Shown: piece by piece, positions 39,055 through 48,540 of the stretch
Layout: each line of letters opens with the position of its first letter
How positions within the stretch are numbered: position 1 is the stretch's first letter
NCBI GenBank assembly: GCA_964187785.1
Contig: OZ076419.1
Coordinates: 9,486,001 to 9,550,000, forward strand
DNA from: Amphiscolops sp. MND2022
Lineage: Eukaryota
Direction of reading: 5' to 3'
Length of the DNA stretch: 64,000 nt
Program-made: the position numbers and the translations under genes
The notes under the pieces: generated by a model
What the model saw: the letters and a program-made list of their open reading frames with translations, nothing else
Databases searched by the model: none
Told to the model about the DNA's origin: nothing

Positions 39055-42000
39055 ATGACTCCACTGTCTATCTGGGAAAAAAACCTTATCCAAGTAAAAA
39101 ATGGAAAATTTTTTATCAACAGCAGAATCTTCGATGAGATATCCGGAAAAGAAATACCAAACAAGTTCAGGCGATTTGAAACCCTTGTTGCAGAAATGTT
39201 TAATGGGCAAAATATAAATCCAAACGAGTTTATCCGGAAGATTCCAGTAAAAGGCCATAAATCGGCACCTATATTCCTTGCCGCAAAAGTTGCGATGTTG
39301 CTTGTACTCCGTGGATTTAAAGACTTCCCTTGGAATTCATGCAGAGAACAGTTTGTTGGGTTCTTTTTCAATAAAGATGTTATACCGTACGTGAATCCCT
39401 ACATGACAAATGTTGTTGCGAAAGATGTAAACCCCGAAATAGTCAACCCCACGAAAAGTATCAGCCTCGCGAACGAAGTCAACCCGACTAAAGATATCAT
39501 CACAGAGAAAGATGTCAACCCCGGAAGAGTCAACACCACGAAAGAAATCGGGCTTGCAAAACATTCAGGCAATGAATGGGTTACCTTCGAAACGCCTCCA
39601 AATAATCATTTAAGCGAATCGAACTTAGAAGCCACAGAGACAAAAAAACGAAAGCTGAACGAGACGATCTTTTTAACACAACTCTAATGTCAGATGATGG
39701 CTTCATCCGGTTCATGAAGCACATCAAACAATCAGCAAAAAGTGTGGAAAGTCTGTTGGAAACGAGAGGGTCCACTGAAGACTTCAGACATCAGTTATCC
39801 CTTGTGATGAAAACGGGGAACACTGAAGACGTAATCAACGTTATCCGCAGGAGACTATCCATCGTTGGACTTGGATACAATTTAGTCCCATGCATTCGAT
39901 TAGTCAAGAAGTCAACAGCTGAAATTCAGTTTTATTTCACAGCAATGTGTGAACCAGAAAGGACATTCTCTGGTTTTCGCTGCAACCTCATAAAATGCGT
40001 CGAAATAGCTTCGTATTTTTTGTTCGGGTCCAATGAATTCAGAGACTTACGGGTCGATATATGGGGTGACGGGTGTGAAATTGGTGGCGTGGAAACCACT
40101 CGAATTGCATTCCGGATCCTAACAGACAAAATGAAGTGTCAATCTTCAAATGCTGTATTCTGTTTCGCTGCATACAGGGGTAAAGATAGCAGATTTGCGA
40201 TGGAACAGAATCTCGGACCGACTCTGGCAGGTGTTCAAGAATCAGGCTGGCTCTTCAACAAGACCATGGAGTTATCTAATCGAGGGGTAAAATTGACGTA
40301 TAGCGGTGATTCCCCGTTTTTGATCAGATTGATTCTTGGGATAACAAACGAAACATCGAGTCCATCTAGAATGCCACTCCATGTAACGGACCCTCAATAC
40401 ACACCAATAACATGTGACCCAAAGACTGGTCTACGATCTGACGTGGCCATACCATTCAGAACGGACCTCCCGAAATTGTCCTTGGTCTACTTCGAGAATG
40501 TACAGTCAGTTTGCCCCGATGTCACTCACATGACTACAAGATGTGTTGAAAATGATCTCCAAAGAATAGCACAAAAAATTATTAGAGAAAAGTATCCACA
40601 TCATGATCTGGCAATTCGACAACTTGAAGAAAACTTAACAAGGAGAGACGCAAAAAGACCATATTTTCAATTCAACGTTACCCACAAAAGTGGTTCTTTG
40701 ATTGGCACTGTGGGTCCAGTATCGCTTGCTGGTAGTAATGCCCTAGCGGTGATTGCAGATAAAGAAGAACTTTTGGACGCGAAAGAAGGAAGTATCGGCG
40801 ACCTTTTCGAAGGTGTTTGGGATGTAGCGGATATAGTTCTCGGAAGTGAAGAAAGTGCACACGTCCAATGCGCGAAAGTCCTCAGAAACTGGTACCCCAA
40901 CCTTTTCGACAAAGACAACTCTAAAGAAATCGGGTCAGGTGACAAGTTTATTTCGGCGTATGATGCATGCGAACTCTTAAGACACAGCTTGAATTAATGT
41001 GTTTTATGTCTAAGATCTGAAGAATTCAACTGTGACACATTCAAGAAATGAGCTGAAACATATTACCAAACAAATGTATTGATTTTCGGACATGCAGGTT
41101 TGACACCGTACAAACTAAAAATGATGATGTTTCCTCAGTTAGTTGAGAGTGGATTCATACAACGGCCATTCGACCATTTGTGTGAAGGTCTTGAAAAATC
41201 GAATCATCATGCTAATCGTGACTTCCAAACAAAAACGATGCGTGGCGGAGGGAAAATTTATCATAAGGATCCACTCTTTCTCGAATCCTCGTCTTCGTTC
41301 ATGAAATTCCTAAGAATGGCAACTGAATTGAAGGAGAGAGAAACGAACCCTGCCAGTGGTACCCTGGAGAAAACAACAGTGACAGTTTCGAAAACTAACC
41401 CAATCAGTGTGATGAGTTTGCTTCAAAGTGCAGCAACGGCTATGAAGATTCAGGTCCCGCGTCCAGAGTACCTCGAAATTTGCCGTAAAGAAATAACGAT
41501 TCCGAAACTTGCAATTGGGGCCAAGGAAAATGTTTTAGCTGGGTTGAGGTTTTGCCTACTTGGTCGCCTGGGTACTTGGAAAAGACAAACCCTAACACAT
41601 GACAATGTAAAACAGATGGTAGAGAATATGGGAGGAATCGTTTTTGATAATGATCGAGCTGGGGTGCTGATGAACACCCATTCACATTTACCTAATTGTT
41701 TTGTTATTGTCAAGGACGAAAAAGACTTGATTATAGGCACCGGGTCCACCGATGAAATAAAAGATTTGAAACTGAAATCGAGACGAAGAAGTTCTTCATC
41801 AACAAGAGATGGTGAAAATGAACCCTCACAACACTCTAACGTTGCGAAACGATTTGCAGCGGGGGGTTTCAAGTTCATAAAGGCTGATTTTTTGGCAAAA
41901 AATCATGAAAAAAAATATTTTGATTGACCCAGAGACATACATTATTCACCCCGGATCTAAACTGGTTGAAAACCGTGTGAACGATAAAAGACCGCTGCTT

Positions 42001-42099
42001 CTCGACCAATGTAGTGGAAAAACTTCAGTTGAAAATGTATCTGCTATTGTTGCTCTCAAGAGATATCGTGATGTAAAATTCAAACAATCATTTTTTTGA
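39055..42099 (+). pseudogene. RAG1/Transib/Chapaev-like DDE transposase with C-terminal BRCT domain (~1000 aa; 2 frameshifts, 2 nonsense codons)
   Basis: D1 IWGDG (40068), D2 YSGDSPFL (40308), PDVTHMTTR, LTPYK...LCEGLEKSNH (E at 41193). ORFs 39687-40997 and 41079-41927 share a frame, separated by TAA 40995 and TGA 41049 (FKK*AETYY). BRCT pattern LAGLRFCLLG...VKQMVENMGG...FIKADFL...(frameshift)ILIDPETY. Confidence 0.75.
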
Positions 42100-42302
42100 A
42101 ATCTTTTTGTGTGGTTTAGTTCAAGTGCTATTCTGAGCAATTTAGCGTGAACAGTTTTGAGAATTGAATTCACATTGATAAATATTAGTTTTTGGAAAAT
42201 CGCAGTCCCAAGTCATGATGGGATCACATAATGTGCCACATGAAAAATCATGAGCCTGAAAGAAACTGAAAAAACCTCACAGAAATTGTGCCTGAAAATC
42301 AA

Positions 42303-42631
42303 GAGTATACCCCTTTGAGTGAATATCCGCAATGTTTTAAGATATGTATTTGGTTTCCACGACGAGTGTTTAAAGATATGGTCTTGTTTTCCGCATTCGT
42401 TCTCAGAGCAATTGAATTTTCACAATGCATTTCGTGGAAACCAGTACTATCTGACGGGTGTCCCAATTTTCAGACACTTATCAGATTGTCCTGGTTTCCA
42501 CGAAAATCATTGTGAAGTTTCAATTGCTCTGAGAACGAATGCGGAAAACAAGACCATATCTTTAAACACACGTCGTGGAAACCAAATACATATCTTAAAC
42601 ATTGCGGAATTTCACTCAAAGGGGTATACTC
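42303..42631. repeat. Long inverted repeat (arms ~142 bp, loop 46 nt), duplicated at 44994-45322
   Basis: Arms 42303-42444 and 42491-42631 are head-to-head copies of the internal module with scattered mismatches. Confidence 0.9.
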
Positions 42632-43383
42632 ATGATTTTTTTTAAAACAAACCCTTCCATTTTTTTCACCTATTTCAATCAAGGTAGTCAAATGTCATTC
42701 ACATATCAATATAAAAAATTTAAAAAAGAATTCTGAGTCGTTATATGTGAGAAAAAAGCTTTGGAATCAGGTCCTGAAAATGGGACTCGTTTTCACCTCT
42801 TTTCATACAAAAAAATCGGTTTTTTTCGTCTTTGAAATGACTAGAAAACATGTTTCTTTACTTTAATGTAAAAACAGGCAAAAAAAACATTTCCATGCAT
42901 GCTTTTGGTCCTGGAGAATTGTTCAAAACAAGCTGAAAAAATTTTCGAGAGTAAATCTAAATATAAAGCTAAATCTAAATCTACATCTAAATCAATCTAC
43001 ATCTAAAATATCGTTTTCAAGAGAAATGGATTTAATCCCACAGGTGGTTAAGATGAGCATATTCCTTTTTGGGTACAAAGTGGGGTCAACGAGTTCAGCT
43101 GGCACTAAAATGTTTTGCGTCGAGTGCATCATTGCGGGCTTGCTCTCTTCTTCGAGTAGGCTTTCAGTTGTTATTTTTGTCTCGTAGCATCTCGTGTATG
43201 GATGTGTGATCTGGCTGTATGGAGGAGCTATTTCCATCGACTTTTGAGGATCCGTTGATTTGGCCCTGTACTTTTTGAGGTGGGTTACAGCTAGTTTTTG
43301 TATGGTCACCGAAGGTCGTTCCGAAGCTAACACGATTTCGAGGCGCTTGTTCAAAAATTCTGGGAACACCTGTGAACACCTGT

Positions 43384-44790
43384 GTTCTTTGATTGGCACT
43401 GTGGGTCCAGTATCGCTTGCTGGTAGTAATGCCCTAGCGGTGATTGCAGATAAAGAAGAACTTTTGGACGCGAAAGAAGGAAGTATCGGCGACCTTTTCG
43501 AAGGTGTTTGGGATGTAGCGGATATAGTTCTCGGAAGTGAAGAAAGTGCACACGTCCAATGCGCGAAAGTCCTCAGAAACTGGTACCCCAACCTTTTCGA
43601 CAAAGACAACTCTAAAGAAATCGGGTCAGGTGACAAGTTTATTTCGGCGTATGATGCATGCGAACTCTTAAGACACAGCTTGAATTAATGTGTTTTATGT
43701 CTAAGATCTGAAGAATTCAACTGTGACACATTCAAGAAATGAGCTGAAACATATTACCAAACAAATGTATTGATTTTCGGACATGCAGGTTTGACACCGT
43801 ACAAACTAAAAATGATGATGTTTCCTCAGTTAGTTGAGAGTGGATTCATACAACGGCCATTCGACCATTTGTGTGAAGGTCTTGAAAAATCGAATCATCA
43901 TGCTAATCGTGACTTCCAAACAAAAACGATGCGTGGCGGAGGGAAAATTTATCATAAGGATCCACTCTTTCTCGAATCCTCGTCTTCGTTCATGAAATTC
44001 CTAGGAATGGCAACTGAATTGAAGGAGAGAGAAACGAACCCTGCCAGTGGTACCCTGGAGAAAACAACAGTGACAGTTTCGAAAACTAACCCAATCAGTG
44101 TGATGAGTTTGCTTCAAAGTGCAGCAACGGCTATGAAGATTCAGGTCCCGCGTCCAGAGTACCTCGAAATTTGCCGTAAAGAAATAACGATTCCGAAACT
44201 TGCAATTGGGGCCAAGGAAAATGTTTTAGCTGGGTTGAGGTTTTGCCTACTTGGTCGCCTGGGTACTTGGAAAAGACAAACCCTAACACATGACAATGTA
44301 AAACAGATGGTAGAGAATATGGGAGGAATCGTTTTTGATAATGATCGAGCTGGGGTGCTGATGAACACCCATTCACATTTACCTAATTGTTTTGTTATTG
44401 TCAAGGACGAAAAAGACTTGATTATAGGCACCGGGTCCACCGATGAAATAAAAGATTTGAAACTGAAATCGAGACGAAGAAGTTCTTCATCAACAAGAGA
44501 TGGTGAAAATGAACCCTCACAACACTCTAACGTTGCGAAACGATTTGCAGCGGGGGGTTTCAAGTTCATAAAGGCTGATTTTTTGGCAAAAAATCATGAA
44601 AAAAAATATTTTGATTGACCCAGAGACATACATTATTCACCCCGGATCTAAACTGGTTGAAAACCGTGTGAACGATAAAAGACCGCTGCTTCTCGACCAA
44701 TGTAGTGGAAAAACTTCAGTTGAAAATGTATCTGCTATTGTTGCTCTCAAGAGATATCGTGATGTAAAATTCAAACAATCATTTTTTTGA
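43384..44790 (+). pseudogene. Duplicated 3' part of the transposase (catalytic-Glu region and BRCT)
   Basis: Copy of 40693-42099 carrying the same two stops and the same A-run frameshift. Confidence 0.85.
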
Positions 44791-45682
44791 AATCTTTTTG
44801 TGTGGTTTAGTTCAAGTGCTATTCTGAGCAATTTAGCGTGAACAGTTTTGAGAATTGAATTCACATTGATAAATATTAGTTTTTGGAAAATCGCAGTCCC
44901 AAGTCATGATGGGATCACATAATGTGCCACATGAAAAATCATGAGCCTGAAAGAAACTGAAAAAACCTCACAGAAATTGTGCCTGAAAATCAAGAGTATA
45001 CCCCTTTGAGTGAATATCCGCAATGTTTTAAGATATGTATTTGGTTTCCACGACGAGTGTTTAAAGATATGGTCTTGTTTTCCGCATTCGTTCTCAGAGC
45101 AATTGAATTTTCACAATGCATTTCGTGGAAACCAGTACTATCTGACGGGTGTCCCAATTTTCAGACACTTATCAGATTGTCCTGGTTTCCACGAAAATCA
45201 TTGTGAAGTTTCAATTGCTCTGAGAACGAATGCGGAAAACAAGACCATATCTTTAAACACACGTCGTGGAAACCAAATACATATCTTAAACATTGCGGAA
45301 TTTCACTCAAAGGGGTATACTCATGATTTTTTTCAAAACAAACCCTTCCATTTTTTTCACCTATTTCAATCAAGGTAGTCAAATGTCATTCACATATCAA
45401 TATAAAAAATTTAAAAAAGAATTCTGAGTCGTTATATGTGAGAAAAAAGCTTTGGAATCAGGTCCTGAAAATGGGACTCGTTTTCACCTCTTTTCATACA
45501 AAAAAATCGGTTTTTTTCGTCTTTGAAATGACTAGAAAACATGTTTCTTTACTTTAATGTAAAAACAGGCAAAAAAAACATTTCCATGCATGCTTTTGGT
45601 CCTGGAGAATTGTTCAAAACAAGCTGAAAAAATTTTCGAGAGTAAATCTAAATATAAAGCTAAATCTAAATCTACATCTAAA

Positions 45683-46060
45683 TCAATCTACATCTAAAAT
45701 ATCGTTTTCAAGAGAAATGGATTTAATCCCACAGGTGGTTAAGATGAGCATATTCCTTTTTGGGTACAAAGTGGGGTCAACGAGTTCAGCTGGCACTAAA
45801 ATGTTTTGCGTCGAGTGCATCATTGCGGGCTTGCTCTCTTCTTCGAGTAGGCTTTCAGTTGTTATTTTTGTCTCGTAGCATCTCGTGTATGGATGTGTGA
45901 TCTGGCTGTATGGAGGAGCTATTTCCATCGACTTTTGAGGATCCGTTGATTTGGCCCTGTACTTTTTGAGGTGGGTTACAGCTAGTTTTTGTATGGTCAC
46001 CGAAGGTCGTTCCGAAGCTAACACGATTTCGAGGCGCTTGTTCAAAAATTCTGGGAACAC
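45683..46060 (-). CDS. Possible terminal exon of the JmjC gene (copy at 42992-43369)
   Basis: 125-codon open frame preceded by acceptor ttgttcacag at 46061. The link to the JmjC exons is not phase-confirmed. Confidence 0.35.
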   Translation of the reverse strand: MFPEFLNKRLEIVLASERPSVTIQKLAVTHLKKYRAKSTDPQKSMEIAPPYSQITHPYTRCYETKITTESLLEEESKPAMMHSTQNILVPAELVDPTLYPKRNMLILTTCGIKSISLENDILDVD

Positions 46061-46115
46061 CTGTGAACAATGAAGTGTTGGTCACCATGAATATACAACA
46101 TTCAAATCAAACGGT

Positions 46116-46320
46116 GCGAAATGAGCCAGCCCATGGTTGGAACTAAAATTACTGAAACACGTTCCCTTTGATTTTAATCCTAGACTTAACCCGCAATTGG
46201 AACCTAAATCCCAAAATCGTGAAATGAGCCAGCCCATGGTTGGAATCAAAATTACTGAATCACGTTCCCTTTATTTTTAATCCTAGACTTAACCCACAAT
46301 TGGAACCTAAATCGCAAAAT
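46116..46320. repeat. ~102-bp tandem duplication in the putative last JmjC intron
   Basis: gaaatgagccagcccatggttggaa...ttggaacctaaatc occurs twice. Similar local duplications lie at 32625-32790, 36195-36365 and 48590-48840. Confidence 0.85.
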
Positions 46321-46453
46321 TTTTTCCAAACTAACATAATGTTTAAAAACAGAATCTTACTTGGAGGACTTCATTATGGTTGTATATCTGTCGCACAGTG
46401 TTGTACGCGGATACAAGGCGTCGGCAGAGGCGGGGGTGGAGATCCACAACAAG

Positions 46454-48540
46454 TTAGTGCATCATGAGAACTAACATCTCTGGAAGGCCCGGGAACTTGT
46501 CATTGGCGTTTTTTGCGTACTCCAGGATCATTGACTCTTTTATCATTGGCAAGTGACCCATTGCCAAGAAATTTGTACCCAATGATACTGCGTCACCTTT
46601 CGTCAAGACAAAATGGAGATAGTTGGCTGGCATGACCAAAATATCTCCAGGTGGCATGACCAAAAAGTGAATACCAGGTTTTTTGATTGAATATTCCTAC
46701 AATCACTATATTCGGACAACAGAGACTGTTAACCCAGCATTAATTTTTTCTCCTATTTTTTACGAGTAACTATTTTCCCTTTTGTTCAAAAATGTTTCAG
46801 ATCATCATAACATTTGATGTATTTTGTTTGAAATGCTGAAAATTGATATGAAAGACACTGTTTTATTGAAGTTACTGTTTTCAGAATTTTGACTGAAATT
46901 ATTATGCTTACATCATGACACTCTCGAGGTTGGACCATTTTTCGAAGATAGTGGGGTTCTTCTTGATGGGTTTGACGAGAAAGAAAATCTTCTCTCCAGC
47001 GAGTACCGTATAGAAGACCGAAGTTGCCGAATAGTCCTGATGCCAAGTGGTATGAGCAGAATCCTGAGTCACCAGGGTATAATAAGACTTTGAACAGGAG
47101 TAGGGCTCACTAATTGGCTGATGTATGAGTTCGTCTGTGAGGTGGTTGATGGAATTTTGCGATATCATGTCTGGCACAGTGAAGATGGATTTGGGCCGGG
47201 TCCGAATGTCAATGACGTTCAGCGGGTGGAACTGACTGTCTGGGACGCAGGTGTCCAACTCTGCGAAAAAGGCCTCGTAATCCATCTCCCGTGTCTGCAA
47301 ACAAAATAAATTAGTTATCAACACTCCCAATCAATGATTGTTTCAGTGAAAATGCTTACTAGACCCTTAATGCTTACTATATCCTTAATGCTTAATATAT
47401 TAGTACATCTAGATTTCTTCCATTTTCCTTTGGCTGCTTCGACATTTCAGAAGGAATTTGTCTTTTCATGATTCCAAATTTTCCAAAAAATGTTTCTAGA
47501 ACTGAATATATTAGTGACTATGCAAAGGAATTACTTTGGTGATTGGTGAAACATTTCGAATCGACGTGATCAAAACCGTATGATTGGTGAAAAGGATGTT
47601 TACATATGTTTGATAATTACCTCGCCCAATTTCGCTGACTTGACTTCAATCGTCTCATTCGGTTCCACAAGGTTGCGAGGCTTGAGGATACGTTTCACCT
47701 CCGTAGTGAAACCTCTGTCCAAGTTCATCTTCGGAACTTTCAGTCCGTCACAATGTTCGGCACCGCCCTTCCAAAGTAAGGGTACCCCATGGCGGAGAAG
47801 GTAACCAAGATGCTCGGTCTGGTTCAAATGGGGACCTTGCCATTGAGCATACGTGAAGCCACACTGCAGGGGGACGTTTTCGCAAAACGTGAAGTATGAA
47901 CGGGTACCGAAAGGGGCCGGGGGGTTCCGGAACTGAATGTCAACTCAGTTGGCATAGGCGTCAGGGCAGTTTTGCAGGCTGACGATCTCGCAACATGGTT
48001 TCTTAGGCTGTACCCATATCCGAATCCTTTGCCGCATGCTTTGCACAAATGTAGGCTCCTCTGTTTTCCTTTAGCTGCTTCTGCAACAAAAGGAATTTTC
48101 AAAAAATGAGAAATTTTAAAAATCCCTGCGAAAACGTCTCAACCCCAATTTTAACCAAAATTATCCCGAATGCCTACTGAATTTGTACATCTTTTTTCTT
48201 TTGTTTTCTTTTGGCTGCTTCAGCAGTTCAAAACAAAAAGCCTAAAAAAAATCGAGAAAAAATACATGCGAAAACGTCTCGCAACCCTTAATTGGAACCA
48301 GAAAATATGCTTACGATATTGGTACATCTGGACTGTTTCTACCGCGGCAATTTTTCTTTGTTGTTTTTCGCAGTATTTAGCCCTTCTTTTGTGACGCTCC
48401 TTGCTTTTTTTCGTTGTGAAAATTTGGCCACATTTCTCGCAGGTCTTCTGCGTGTCACGTTGTTGTCGACTCAGGCCATCGCACGACTGGAGGTTACGCG
48501 TTAGGTGCCAATGTCTTACTCGCACGGCATATTTGGACAT
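46454..48540 (-). pseudogene. Spliced zinc-finger + JmjC histone demethylase, KDM2/KDM7(PHF8)-like (2 apparent frameshifts)
   Basis: Exons 48540-48315, 48080-47621, 47294-46912 and 46696-46454 with GT-AG introns; the first two introns are phase-consistent. Zinc fingers CEKC..H..C and CKAC..H..C. JmjC motifs LNVIDI, HTTWHQD (HxD), GEKIFFL (K), PANYLHFV (H), TNFL and KFP. Frameshifts at ~47920 (G run) and ~46680 (T run). Confidence 0.85.

Larger units (their letters stand above)
40693..46069. repeat. Near-identical tandem duplication, period 2691 bp (40693-43378 / 43384-46069)
   Basis: ORFs repeat at an offset of exactly 2691 (41079/43770; 41905/44596). I saw only two differences (cctaag/cctagg; a T-run variant). 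The junction reads gaacacctgt gaacacctgt. Confidence 0.95.

Noticed and set aside
40995-41051. Alternative genetic code or intron explaining the in-frame TAA and TGA
   Set aside because: Two different stop types interrupt a frame that reads as plausible protein, the same codons end other ORFs normally, and no convincing splice pair was found; simple decay fits better.
42992-43688. Independent genes at ORFs 42992-43636 (minus) and 43260-43688 (plus)
   Set aside because: Both span the duplication junction and are chimeras of the transposase and the putative JmjC exon.
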